In this document: positions 1 to 11,494 of the stretch, piece by piece
Layout: every line of letters begins with the position of its first letter
How positions within the stretch are numbered: position 1 is the stretch's first letter
DNA from: Octopus bimaculoides
Taxonomy: Eukaryota
Length of the DNA stretch: 44,948 nucleotides
Assembly (NCBI RefSeq): GCF_001194135.2
Contig: NC_068985.1
Span: 124,273,563 to 124,318,510 of the forward strand
Direction: 5' to 3'
The notes under the pieces: generated by a model
What the model saw: the letters and a program-made list of their open reading frames with translations, nothing else
The model's database searches: none
Told to the model about the DNA's origin: nothing
Position numbers and translations under genes: made by a program

Positions 1-39
<39 letters not shown>
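1..39. repeat. (TG)n microsatellite
   Basis: Direct reading. Confidence 0.98.
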
Positions 40-41
<2 letters not shown>

Positions 42-51
42 ATCTTTATAA

Positions 52-323
52 AGGAGAAATAGGGATAGATACAAATTTAAATTAAAGTTCCTATTCGCGT
101 TTCACCATTTCGTATGCCTGATTGGAATCTTGCAATAAGTGTTCCAAGTGCATTTAGTTGCGCAACCACAATGGATAACTATGACATAGTTATCTGTAAC
201 TGATGATCCGTTGTGGTTCAGCATCTAAATTCACTTGGAATACCTTTAACAGAGCCCCACAAACAACCATACTGGTGAAACGCTTATAGGAACTATAAGA
301 TGGTGCTTATCTTTATTTCTCCT
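52..323. mobile_element. Foldback / MITE-like long imperfect palindrome
   Basis: Nested inverted arms: 52-67 vs 308-323 (14/16), 87-107 vs 273-293 (19/21), 142-175 vs 207-240 (29/34); perfect 10-bp palindrome GATAACTATG-A-CATAGTTATC at 174-194. No coding capacity. The palindrome is seen directly; the MITE call is inference. Confidence 0.6.
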
Positions 324-1402
324 ACATTTAGTCAGTAGTTCCTAACTAGTAACACTACTCAACGTAGACGTTGCTTAACAATTCTACAGGTAGCGGACTG
401 GTTTATGATAATCGAAATGGAAATCTAAGCACAAGAATAGCAGTCGTAGATATATTTGTACACGCAATTTCTACATCTTCATGTGTGTATGTGAGTGTAT
501 ATGCGCGCGCCCACACACACACACACATATAACACTTCTCTACTTTGTTTTTCTTTTTTTTATTTCCCCCAGCCGATTTATATACCAACCAATCGTGATG
601 TCAACACTGTTGTAACTGCGATGAAACGAGTAACAGTTACTTTTTTTTCCGAACTCAACAGTGGTTGAGCACTAAAACAAATAGATATCCCGCGAAGTAA
701 CGCGAAAATGTTTTTTTTTCTTTTTTTTTTTTTACATGGTATATTTGGGATCCATTTCAGTACAAGCTGAAAAGTACAGATTTGAATGACAAGACGGAAA
801 AATTTTACCATCACGGCAATGGATCAAAGCCTGCTAACCAGAAACCGTCAAAAACAATGAATCAAAATATGTAACTGGAAAATTATAGAAATCGAGAAGT
901 AACAATGATTCACGTACTTTATAACCGCTCAGACATTAAAGATGTTCAAAAAGAGATAACAAAAAAGGGGCGGGGTGAAATAGAAACAATATCTATATAT
1001 AAATAAGAGCCTGAAAGTGATAAAGAATATGCGGATAAATATATAGTCAAAGCTGCCCGACTTACACCTGTAGAATATAATATCACTAGGCCTTGCACAT
1101 ATATTACATAATTTTTTAAAACAGAAAACACCAAAATGAAGCAAACCTTGCCATTGAGTCAAGAGTCACAATGTTGCGTTTGATCATTCAGTAAAATTAC
1201 GCAATAAAATAACTTTACTGAAATAATAATAGCACTACTGGGTACTGCACACATTCTACGCAAAACACTTTCAATACAGTAAACATAAGAGCACCACAGC
1301 AAACCACAGCACATACCCAAGGCGCACAGAGCTGCGCTCGGTAGTGAAGTGAAAGCACGTTATAAAAATAAAACTACTGAACAATAATAATAATAATAAT
1401 AA

Positions 1403-1919
1403 ATTCCCTGATGCAGTACCAGGCAGTGGCTCTCATGGCTTCTTATCTTAACTGAATGGAAGTGTTATGGTGTAGGTTGTTTGGTCTTGGTATAAAAGAT
1501 GGGCTACAGCGATTATTCTGCTCAATACCACAGATTTGCTTGTCAGTTGTTTAACCTAAACCAGTTGAGCATGTCTCTTAGTGGGAGAGCATCATAGCCA
1601 TGTGTTGAGAAGAATTCTTTAGGGCTTGGATAATTCACTTTTTGGAAACATGGGTGTTTTGTTCAACATCCTTAAACAACCTTTATTCAGGAAACTTTTT
1701 TAGCGGGGTGGGCTACCCGGCCTGAAGAAAATTCTAAGTTGACCTCACCTGCAAAGTCATGTGCTGTTTATCTTGATATGAGATTACCATGTCGCGCACA
1801 TATGGTTGTGATGAATGTGCCTGGTGAGCCATTATCACACGGATAGTTATGATGGGTATACTAGGTTTCGTATATTTTACCCCAGTGCCACTTTGATGGC
1901 ATGCACTGCTCTCTCATTC
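1403..1919. mobile_element. Interspersed repeat bracketed by (AAT)n tracts, class unassigned
   Basis: About 515 bp of complex sequence between (AAT)n at 1383-1402 and an (AAT)/(GAT)n tract from 1920. Resembles an abundant octopus repeat from recall only; no second copy in the window. Confidence 0.35.
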
Positions 1920-1958
1920 AATAATGATAATGATGATGATGATGATGATGATGATGAT

Positions 1959-2017
<59 letters not shown>

Positions 2018-2085
2018 TAATAATAATTGGTGGTTTTGGTGGTGGTGGTGGTGGTAGTGGTGGTGGTGTTGGTGGTAGTAGTACT
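1920..2085. repeat. Compound (GAT)/(AAT)/(GGT) microsatellite
   Basis: Direct reading. Confidence 0.95.
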
Positions 2086-2107
2086 AGTATTTATGCCTTG
2101 CATTACA

Positions 2108-2380
2108 GAGTAAGTGGCTGAGTATTCCACAGATACGTGTACCTTTGACCAAATGCTAAGCCAGAGTCAGCGTATTAAGTATATAACAAGGCTAACCCTT
2201 TGAGTTACGTGTAAAGTCTAAAGATAGGCTTCCACTCGGTTTCCCACTACACAAATTCACTAACTTGAGCTTGGGTCAAACCTGGAGCCATATCTAAAAT
2301 GCTACACGATGGAATCGAACCCGAGACGTCTTCATTAAAGAGCAAACTTGTCAATAATTCATTCCTGCCTGTGTCAGCAC
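2108..2380 (-). mobile_element. Degenerate tRNA-derived SINE (family E-like head, family A-like tail)
   Basis: B box on minus strand (plus GGAATCGAACCC at 2311-2322). 2108-2215 aligns with the tail at 25657-25750; 2225-2330 loosely aligns with 40975-41090. Confidence 0.55.
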
Positions 2381-2385
2381 ACACA

Positions 2386-2437
<52 letters not shown>

Positions 2438-2494
2438 CTTTTATATGTTTCACCCCTAAAGTTGGGGCACATACATACATACATATACATATAC

Positions 2495-2531
<37 letters not shown>
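2379..2531. repeat. (TG)n and (CATA)/(TA)n microsatellites
   Basis: Direct reading. Confidence 0.95.
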
Positions 2532-2532
<1 letters not shown>

Positions 2533-2644
2533 TTTCATTGCATAGTACATTACATACATTATGTCTAAGTATATTAGATCTAATAGGCAAAGCAAGTGGC
2601 CAGCTAGCATACACACATTACGGATATAAGCATTAATAGGTAAG

Positions 2645-2969
2645 AAGGGTGAAGACCCTTTCGGTCATAACTGACCATGGGATTGCACCTGGAAACTTAC
2701 CCTCCGAGTAACAACTCCGAGTAAGGTTGTTTTTGAAAGACCAGCAGCCGCCCTGGTATACCAGCCTCTCCTCTCTACGCCACTTATGTTATCCAAGGCA
2801 AAGGCCGATACAGCTTGACATCAGTGACGTTGCAACTCATTTCTACAGCTGAGGAAACCAGAGCAATCTGAAACAGTGTCTTACTGAAGAAGACAACACA
2901 TAGTCCGGTCCAGGAATCAAACTCACGACCTTATGATTATGAGCCCAACGCTCTAACCACTAAACCCAG
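2645..2969 (-). mobile_element. tRNA-derived SINE, family B, with CORE-like block
   Basis: Reverse complement is colinear with 9694-10036. Head has TAGTGGTTAGAGCG (A box) and GAGTTTGATTCC (B box). Minus-strand GTTTCCTCAGCTGTAGAAATG (2838-2858) resembles the MIR/CORE motif GTTTCCTCATCTGTAAAATG. Confidence 0.85.
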
Positions 2970-3009
2970 ACAGACAGACAGAGGGTCATGACTGTTGAGT
3001 AATGACCGA

Positions 3010-3370
3010 AAGAGTATGACCGCGAATATAAGCGGCCAAAATCGAGTTCCTCCGAAAGATCTTTGGAGTAACGTTACTCGACTGGGTGCGTAGCTCGGAC
3101 ATCAGGGTGTCACTTCTCTACAACGCTGATATGTGGTTAGAATTTTGAAGGAAGGAATCATAAAAACAGATTCTTCAAGACGAACCAACCGGCAAGGAGA
3201 CCTAGAGATATGACCAAGAACGAGATGGATGGATTCTATATTCCCAGCTGGTCACGCTTGAGAATTCAACGGGGGAAAAAATGTAATGGCAGTTGCTTCT
3301 GATCGGGCCCTATGAAGGAAGTGCATGAGTATTCTGTCGCCACGACCTCTCGGGAATATTGAGGGGCTAA
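3010..3370 (+). mobile_element. RTE-clade LINE 3' fragment, decayed
   Basis: Frameshifted translation KQILQDEPTGK-RPR..RPRTRWMDSI and AVASDRAL*RKCM matches the RTE ORF C-terminal GxRxRGRPRxRWxD and DRxxWR motifs. Confidence 0.7.
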
Positions 3371-3374
3371 AATG

Positions 3375-3407
3375 GCTGGCTGGCTAGCTAGCTGGATGGA
3401 TGGATGG

Positions 3408-3443
<36 letters not shown>

Positions 3444-3445
3444 AC
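3375..3445. repeat. (GGAT)n microsatellite
   Basis: Direct reading. Confidence 0.95.
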
Positions 3446-4159
3446 ATATACATACGAAGAAACATAAAATCATATAATAGAAGTCCTTTAGTCACTTGAC
3501 ATTGATTTAGTGAGAAAAATGCTGGAGAAAGGAAATATCCATAGCCTATTAGTGACAAGATTGTAAATCTAGTATCCAAAATAAACATTTAACTTTTCAC
3601 GGCTTGTTATTGGAACAACAGCATATTTAACCAGCCTGCCAAGATCAAATAATCGCTGAACTTGGATTGTTTGAGAAAGAACATTACACCATGATACATA
3701 CGCTTCAGATTATCAGAATGTCTGTTATAACTTATTAAAATTTAAAGGATAAATGGTTACGAAAAGGACAACAATGAAAGAACAAGACTTTTTTTCTTTG
3801 TAATCTTTTCAATGATCGAACAAAATAAACACTAAAACTCCTATCAAGAAGAAGAGAAATTGCTTATGTGCGTGTGTGCATAGAGAGAAAGAAGAGGGAG
3901 AGAGAGTGTGTGTGTGAGAGAGAGAGAGTACAAAAAATTAAGCAACAAGACAGGATATGTTCGCGATCAAAGTTATTAGTTTGAGGTTTTTTGAGAAATC
4001 GAAAGAGTTACTGACAACGTTTCGGACATTGTCATTCTTCGGAATATGTGCATAGAGTAAAAAGAGAGAAGGAAAGACGAGGAAAAAACAGAAGTAAACA
4101 AAAGGAATAATCGAAGCGAAAATGTCCACGTGAAGCTTTTGTACAATGTGGTTGTTAGG

Positions 4160-4634
4160 AATATATGTCTATTTATATGTATGACTATATGTTAGGAATA
4201 TATGTGTATTTATATGTATGACTATGCACACATACATATATATTCCCACACGCATATATACGTAGACATACATACAAGCAAGCATGTGTACATTTGTTAG
4301 AAACCAGTTCCTTCCGTATTGGAAGAATTCAAAATAAATAAATAAAAAAGTGACCATATACAAATGCATATACACGCATACATACACACACATATATACA
4401 CACATGCGCGCGTGCACGCACAAACACACACACTCAAACACGCATGCATGCATTCATTCACTGATGCATACATTACACGTAAAACTATATACATACACAC
4501 AGCTGTATACATATATGCATCTATCGATTCGCAGATACGTTCGATTCATTCGAGTATAATGGTAGCTCTATAGAAGTTAGAGCTACCTGTAGTACAACTA
4601 TGGTTTGATGGGGAATAGTATTCAAATGTGTGTT

Positions 4635-4681
<47 letters not shown>

Positions 4682-5200
4682 ATATGTGTGTTTGTGCTTG
4701 TGTATACAAGATGCTTTATACGTGCTACTACGACTGCTGCTGCTGTCTTTGTTGGCGCTAAAACTACTATCCTGCTGCTACTGCTTCTGTTGCTACAACT
4801 TCTAGTACCCCAGCAAAACAGCTACCACAACCACCATCACTACAAAAACAATTACTAGCACTAATACTACAACTGCTGCTACTACTACTAATACTACTAC
4901 TTTTTCTATTCTTTTTCTTACTACTACAACTATTATTAAATCCCACCATTAACCACCACNNNNNNNNNNNNNNNNNNNNNNNNNNNNNNNNNNNNNNNNN
5001 NNNNNNNNNNNNNNNNNNNNNNNNNNNNNNNNNNNNNNNNNNNNNNNNNNNNNNNNNNNNNNNNNNNNNNNNNNNNNNNNNNNNNNNNNNNNNNNNNNNN
5101 NNNCCACCACCATTAACCACCACCACCACCACCACCACCACCACCACCCACTACCATCATAACGGATGCTACTGTTGCTTCTACTAGTAGTACTCCTAAT
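4160..5200. repeat. Degenerate dinucleotide then CTA/CAA/CCA low-complexity region containing a gap
   Basis: Direct reading. Confidence 0.85.
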
Positions 5201-5313
5201 ATGTCCACAATTATGTTACTATAAAAGAATTACTATTATTTGTAATGTATGTCACTATCTTCGCAACACGCCAACACACAGATATATCACCTGCATTCAT
5301 CATGACACACTAA

Positions 5314-5364
5314 CACACCACCTCTATCGTCACACCACCTCTATCGTCACACCACCTCTATCGT
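5314..5364. repeat. 17-bp tandem repeat x3 (CACACCACCTCTATCGT)
   Basis: Three exact copies. Confidence 0.95.
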
Positions 5365-5937
5365 CACAACACAGCAACACAACAGCATCACAACACCGTC
5401 ACGGCACACCGCCTCCGTCAACTACCACACGCCACACACTGTCTCTATCCCATAACACACTTCTTTTACTATCATGACGACATACCAACGACGCCTTTAT
5501 CGCCACAACTCACAACTCCGCCTGTATCAACCCAGCAACCCCCGAACAACACTAGACCTTATTCTCACAACAACACTACCAACATGACCGTTTATCCTCA
5601 CACCACACCAACATAATAATACCTGTCCTCCTTCGGTCTTATTTCCAGTCTAATCATTTCGATACAGACCCTCACTACCAACCTATCAACACTGGCGACT
5701 ATTATTGTGGCAGGAGCAAATCGACAGCAAAATCAACATCAACACCAACACAACCACCACCTGCACCACTACCACAACCACCACTACTGCCGCAACCGCC
5801 ATCACCACCAACAACAATGCAACTAGTGTTTGCTCACCACTAACATTAGCACTACCAGCACCAATACATCTACGTCAACATTGTCCATCTTCACTATTAT
5901 TCAGTACCAAATAACGAAGGGGTGTGGAGAGGGTCTC

Positions 5938-6100
5938 TAGGTCGACCCTCGAGCTAATAGAAATAGCAGCCAAATTTCCTCAAGTTGTGTATGACCAAGG
6001 CTCTTTAAAACAAAAATAAATGGAAAAGAAATAGATTGAGCAATATAGACTTTGACAGTCTACACATGGGATGGTCACGGCTGGAATACTTTTCATCATA
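5938..6100 (+). mobile_element. Old SINE-like repeat, family D
   Basis: Shared blocks TAGAAATAGCAGCCAAAT and GGGATGGTCACGGCTGGAAT recur at 8500, 10797 and 42795. Confidence 0.65.
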
Positions 6101-6357
6101 CGCTTATTCAGTTTTCAGTCAAAGTTGAACAGTAGTTAAACTATAACAAGGGGGAAAAAACATTGACTAGTGTAATCGAAAGTAGACTTTTGCTTAAAAA
6201 GGCGGCAGGGTCACGGCTAGCACCGATTAATTACAGAAAAGTGTATGTCAGCCATAGCATTTACCAAAGGATTCTCTGTCAGTATCACTATTAAAAGATG
6301 TAGCGAATTACAGGAAAACATAGTTCTATATTATTGTTATTAATGTTGATGCTTAAC

Positions 6358-6490
6358 TCCAGGTCAGCTCTGATCGAATAAGTCCTTTGATCAAATGCAT
6401 TCCAGTCGTGATCATACCGTCCCTTTGTGTGTATCTAGGACTACATTAACCGAGACGGGAATTTGGCTATTATTTCCAGCAAGTCAAACC
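6358..6490 (-). mobile_element. Family D repeat copy
   Basis: Plus-strand CCAGGTCAGCTCTGATCGA, CATTCCAGTCGTGATCAT and TATCTAGGACTACATT are reverse complements of family D blocks seen at 7758-7830. Confidence 0.65.
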
Positions 6491-6515
6491 ACAGTGTATA
6501 GGGTTGCAGCTGCTG

Positions 6516-6516
<1 letters not shown>

Positions 6517-6559
<43 letters not shown>

Positions 6560-6645
6560 TGCAGCAGCAGCAGCAGCTGAAGAAGAAGAAGAAGAAGAAG
6601 AAGAAGAAGAAGAAGAAGAAGAAGAAGAAGAAGAAGAAGAAGAAA
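6517..6645. repeat. Compound (TAG)/(GCA)/(GAA) microsatellite
   Basis: Direct reading. Confidence 0.95.
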
Positions 6646-6759
6646 TAATGATGGTAGGGGTGAGGTAGCGGTGATGGTACTGGTGGTGATAGTGATGGCG
6701 CTGGGGGGGATAGTGGTAGTGGTGGTGGTGTAGCTTTGAATGATGAGCCCAATAATCAA

Positions 6760-6905
6760 AAGAAATCTAGTTGTGACCATCCCTTCTGTTCTTACGTGCA
6801 GAACAAAAAAGCCTAGGACCACTTTTCACTGATCTTTTTCTAAGACGGTGGCAGTTGTTGTGATTTGAGGGAGATTTTGACTGCCATTTCTAACAGGTCA
6901 AGCGA
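6760..6905 (-). mobile_element. Family D repeat copy
   Basis: GTTGTGACCATCCC and GATTTGAGGGAGATTTTGACTGCCATTTCTAACAGGTCAAGCGAC are reverse complements of family D blocks. Confidence 0.65.
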
Positions 6906-7566
6906 CAATTTTGTATTAGATAAATAGTAGTCCAGAGTTGTGAACGTGAGTATGCAACAGTATTAGGCCACACACGCGCGCACAGACACACACGCACACG
7001 CACAATATATACATTCATATATATATACATATATATGATATATTTATGTGNNNNNNNNNNNNNNNNNNNNNNNNNNNNNNNNNNNNNNNNNNNNNNNNNN
7101 NNNNNNNNNNNNNNNNNNNNNNNNNNNNNNNNNNNNNNNNNNNNNNNNNNNNNNNNNNNNNNNNNNNNNNNNNNNNNNNNNNNNNNNNNNNNNNNNNNNN
7201 NNNNNNNNNNNNNNNNNNNNNNNNNNNNNNNNNNNNNNNNNNNNNNNNNNNNNNNNNNNNNNNNNNNNNNNNNNNNNNNNNNNNNNNNNNNNNNNNNNNN
7301 NNNNNNNNNNNNNNNNNNNNNNNNNNNNNNNNNNNNNNNNNNNNNNNNNNNNNNNNNNNNNNNNNNNNNNNNNNNNNNNNNNNNNNNNNNNNNNNNNNNN
7401 NNNNNNNNNNNNNNNNNNNNNNNNNNNNNNNNNNNNNNNNNNNNNNNNNNNNNNNNNNNNNNNNNNNNNNNNNNNNNNNNNNNNNNNNNNNNNNNNNNNN
7501 NNNNNNNNNNNNACTTCTGATTGTCGGTCATACTGTAACATCTTACATATGTGTTTGTGTGTGTCC

Positions 7567-7672
7567 ATGAGTGTGAGTGAGTGAGTGAGTGAGTGAGTGA
7601 GTGAGTGAGTCAGTGTGAGTGAGTCAGTGTGAGTGAGTGAGTGAGTGAGTGAGTGTGTGTGCGTGTGTTTCT

Positions 7673-7722
<50 letters not shown>

Positions 7723-7861
7723 TGCCAGGAGATTCCGACTAGGCTGTTCAGAGCCAGTGGTCACGGCTAGAATTTCTTTGATCATAAGTCAGCTCTGCTC
7801 GATCAGAGCTGACCTGGGCTAAACAACAACACCACCACCACCAACAACAACAACAACAGCA

Positions 7862-7920
<59 letters not shown>
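7567..7920. repeat. (GTGA)/(TG) and (CAA)/(CTA) microsatellites
   Basis: Direct reading; a family D fragment lies between them. Confidence 0.9.
7758..7830 (+). mobile_element. Family D repeat, 3' part with (CAA)n tail
   Basis: GGTCACGGCTAGAAT...CTGCTCGATCAGAGCTGACCTGGGCTAAACAACAAC. Confidence 0.65.
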
Positions 7921-8254
7921 AGTGTCAGTTGCAACCATTGGCTATTTCAGTTGGTGTTAACATATTTAATTTAAGGAAACATCAAAAAGCTAACTGGTGT
8001 TAGGGTATAAACATCAGCTAATAGTAAATGTACGGCAGTCAGACTAGTTGATCGGCTGGCAGGTTGGCAATCTGGCGGGTTGGCCACCTGGCTCGCTGCC
8101 AGCCTGTTGTTGTTAAGCCCTGGGTCGGATCTGAATGAGTATCTCTACAATAAAAGACATTCCACCTATGGCTACAACACCTTGCTTTTCAGTGATGGTG
8201 TATCCAAGATCGCCGACATCATTCAATATATCGTTTCTTTTCGTTTTCCTTTTC

Positions 8255-8318
8255 CCCAAAACTGTAAGGTTGTAGTTTGAGGGAAATTTAGCTGCTGTTT
8301 CTAGCATGTCGAGTGACC
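8255..8318 (-). mobile_element. Family D repeat, 5' part
   Basis: Minus strand reads GGTCACTCGACATGCTAGAAACAGCAGCTAAATTTCCCTCAAACTACAACCTTACAG. Confidence 0.55.
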
Positions 8319-8499
8319 ACATACAGATTTACCGAGAACTGGACTCTGCGACAAATGGACCACTCTGTTCGCCATCTTGCCCTCGCCTTCCCTCCCTCTT
8401 TTCACACAGCCTGTCCTCCGTCAAACAGTGCTTGCAACCGCCGTTGTTACAACAGCCGCCAACACCCCCGACCTAACCTACCAACTAACCAGCCAACAC

Positions 8500-8695
8500 G
8501 ACTAGCTTGAAAGAGCAGCCAAATCTACCTCAATTCACTACGACAACTGTTAAATAAAAGAAGGACACGCTGGATAACGTAGTCGAGGTAGGCTATAGCT
8601 CGAAAAGAAAATGACAGGGTGGTCATTTGGGCTGGTCATTTGTTGAAGATCTGTCTGCTTGCTCAAGACATCCCTGGGGGTAAACCACAACAGTA
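8500..8695 (+). mobile_element. Family D repeat copy
   Basis: GCAGCCAAATCTACCTCAA, GGACACGCTGGATAACGTAGTC, GGGTGGTCA and CCCTGGGGGTAAACCACAAC in family order. Confidence 0.6.
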
Positions 8696-8698
8696 CCG

Positions 8699-8699
<1 letters not shown>

Positions 8700-8734
<35 letters not shown>

Positions 8735-8780
8735 GCTGCTACTGCTGCTGCTGCTACTACTAGTACATTAGTATTTATGC

Positions 8781-8863
<83 letters not shown>

Positions 8864-8871
8864 AAGAAGAA

Positions 8872-8942
<71 letters not shown>

Positions 8943-9023
8943 AGAAGTGACAACACTAACACTACTGCAGTAGTAGAAGCAACAGCATGCTGTTACTACT
9001 ACTACTACTACTACTACTGCTGT

Positions 9024-9095
<72 letters not shown>

Positions 9096-9127
9096 TAATA
9101 ATAATAATAACAATAATAATAATAATA
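8700..9127. repeat. Compound CTA/GCA/TAG/GAA/CTA/AAT microsatellite block
   Basis: Direct reading. Confidence 0.95.
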
Positions 9128-9693
9128 CATAGACCAGCACAGAGGGGTGCAGGTGGGTCAGAGGGGTGGCGGGGGGTCCCTTTATTTTTTTTCGTTCATA
9201 GATCGCATTGGTTCTTTTATTCCTTTCGGTAAATTGTGCATACATATGTATATACCCATTTGTAAGTACGTCAAGCACTTTTATAAGCGTATTTCCGCGT
9301 ATATCCTACATGTGCATAGTGCTTGAATAAAATATGGGAATTAGAGGCTGCAACCCCAAGACCTGTCAGTTAGAGGGCCGCCAGAGATCAAATGGAAAGT
9401 GTAATATATTTTACATGAAACCTTCCTGGACTTGCAACCAGGAGTCTACAGAATACTACATGTATACTACATGTATACTAGAACCTACAGAATCTTAACA
9501 CTGCTCTATAAAGATACTACGTGTATACTGTATATTTATGTATGTATATACAATTGCATGTAACTCGAGAATACTAATGTAAATATTTTCGTGTATACAC
9601 TCAGTCACACACTTTCTACACTATGTGTATCTGTATAAATCTGTAAACCATACATGAACGTATTTAGCAGTGATTACTAAAATACTTAGTTAA

Positions 9694-10036
9694 GGCGCAT
9701 GGCTCAGTGGTTAGAGCGTTGGCTTCACAATCGTGAGGTAGTGAGTTCGATTCCCAGACCGAGCTATGTGTTGTGTTCTTGAGCAAAACACTTTATTTCA
9801 CGTTGCTTCCGTTTACTTCTCTGCAGAAATAAGTTGCGACCTCACTGATGCCAAGCTGTATCAGCCTTTGGCTTTTCCTTGGATAACATCGGTGGCGTGG
9901 AGTGAGGAGGCTGGTATGCATGGGCGACTACTGGTCTTCCATAAGCAATCTTTCCCGGATTTGTGCCTCGGAGGGGATCTTTCTAGGTGCAATCGCATTG
10001 CCCTTTATGAACGAAGGGGGTCTTTACCCTTTACTT
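9694..10036 (+). mobile_element. tRNA-derived SINE, family B, near full length
   Basis: A box TGGCTCAGTGG, B box GAGTTCGATTCC, body CTTGAGCAAAACACTTTATTTCAC; colinear with 2645-2969. Confidence 0.9.
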
Positions 10037-10371
10037 ATATACTTAATGAGCACTTAGAAATAGGACCTATATTTCATACCTGAACTGCATCTATTACCTG
10101 CTGAAACGGTCAGTACCTATATATTACATCAGGCTGGAACTTTTGCCATTTGAAATGCAGCCTAGAGTTCACATCTTGCTCGAGCCTATTGCCTGTTGAA
10201 ATAGAACCTTTCTTTCACAATTGGCCCGTGTCTATATTTCACAGCAGGCTAAGTTTATTTCAAGCTCTGCATGGGCTTAATGCCGTGGTCGTTGTCGCCA
10301 TGGCCATCACCGCCGCTGCTGTTGCTGTTGCTGCTTGTAGTACCATTTTTTTAATATTCTTTTTCTATTAC

Positions 10372-10538
10372 AGGCACAAGACCTGATATTTTGCTGGAGG
10401 GAGCTAGTCGATTTACATCGATCCCCCAGTACTCAACTGGTACTTATTTTATCGATCCTGAAATGATAAATGGCAAATTCGACCTCGGCAGAATTTGAAC
10501 TCGTAACGTAGACCGAGAGAAATGTCACTAAATATTTT
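10372..10538 (-). mobile_element. tRNA-derived SINE, family C
   Basis: CCCCAGTACTCAACTGGTACTTATTTTATCGATCC and CGACCTCGGCAGAATTTGAACTC (B box GAGTTCAAATTC on minus); matches 31236-31414 and 17175-17299. Confidence 0.8.
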
Positions 10539-10543
10539 GTAAA

Positions 10544-10700
10544 GAACTGGCAGAATCGTTAGCACGCCGGACAAAATGCTTAGCGGCATTTCGTCCGTCT
10601 TCACATTTTGAGTTCAAATTCTGCCGGAGTTGACTTTGCCTTTCATCCTTTTGAGGTGGTGGTCGTGGCGGGGGTGGTTGATAAAATAATTAGCACCCAT
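10544..10700 (+). mobile_element. tRNA-derived SINE, family C, 5' half
   Basis: TGGCAGAATCGTTAGCACG (A box), GAGTTCAAATTC (B box), GACTTTGCCTTTCATCCTTT. Confidence 0.85.
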
Positions 10701-10796
10701 GTACAAGGATCAATGCAGTTGAATTTTCTCTTCACCCGAAATTGCTGACCCTGTGGCTAAAACAAGTAAGAACTAGCATTCGAACCAATTCCTATT

Positions 10797-10965
10797 TGAT
10801 CACTCGATCGGTTAGAAATAGTAGCTAAATCTTCCTTTAACCACACTGTACTGCTTTGGAAAATGATACATTGGATAATGTGATCCTGAGTTTCCTGCAC
10901 ATAGGAAAAGCAGGATGGGTCACGGCAGGAGCGTCTTTGATCAAAGACTGGAGTTGAATAACAAA
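10797..10965 (+). mobile_element. Family D repeat copy
   Basis: GATCACTCGATCGGTTAGAAATAGTAGCTAAATC, CATTGGATAATGTGATCCT and GGATGGGTCACGGCAGG in family order. Confidence 0.65.
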
Positions 10966-10995
10966 AACACTGACTGTTGTTATTTATAGCTATTG

Positions 10996-11103
10996 TGGCT
11001 GTCGCTACCATTCTATTTGCTGCTGATACAATACTATGGCTGTCGCTACCATTCTATTTGCTGCTGATACAATACTATGGCTGGGGCTACCATGCTATTG
11101 CTG
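10996..11103. repeat. 41-bp tandem duplication (2 exact copies + partial third)
   Basis: TGGCTGTCGCTACCATTCTATTTGCTGCTGATACAATACTA at 10996 and 11037; diverged partial at 11078. Confidence 0.95.
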
Positions 11104-11292
11104 TCGCTGCCATACTATTGCTGCTATTATGATACTACTGCTGCCATTCTATTACTCTTATTACATTTTTTTTTTTTTTGCTGCAGCTACCTTACTATTG
11201 ATGTGGTTACTATAGCACCCGCTCTCGTCACCATATTCGCCTTTAGCACCGTCTATCACCATCACTAATCTAAACTCCGGAGCCACTATTTA

Positions 11293-11482
11293 AATCGCTA
11301 GATCTGTTAGAAATAGATGTCACATCACACAGAAATCGTACCCTACGCATTACACACAGATCGTACCCTACCGTTTTGGAAAAATAAAAGCAAAAAGCAA
11401 AATTTAAAAAGATCACATCAGGCCAAGGTGGGATGTATTTGACCATAAGTTAGCTCGAACAGGATTGACCTGGGGCTAAATG
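11293..11482 (+). mobile_element. Family D repeat copy, degenerate
   Basis: GATCTGTTAGAAATAG at the start and CTCGAACAGGATTGACCTGGGGCTAAA at the end. Confidence 0.55.
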
Positions 11483-11494
11483 AAATGTACACCA

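Noticed and set aside
1322-1346. Third Helitron 3' end (GCGCA/TGCGC hairpin then GGTAGT)
   Set aside because: Only a 5-bp stem and no CTRR terminus.
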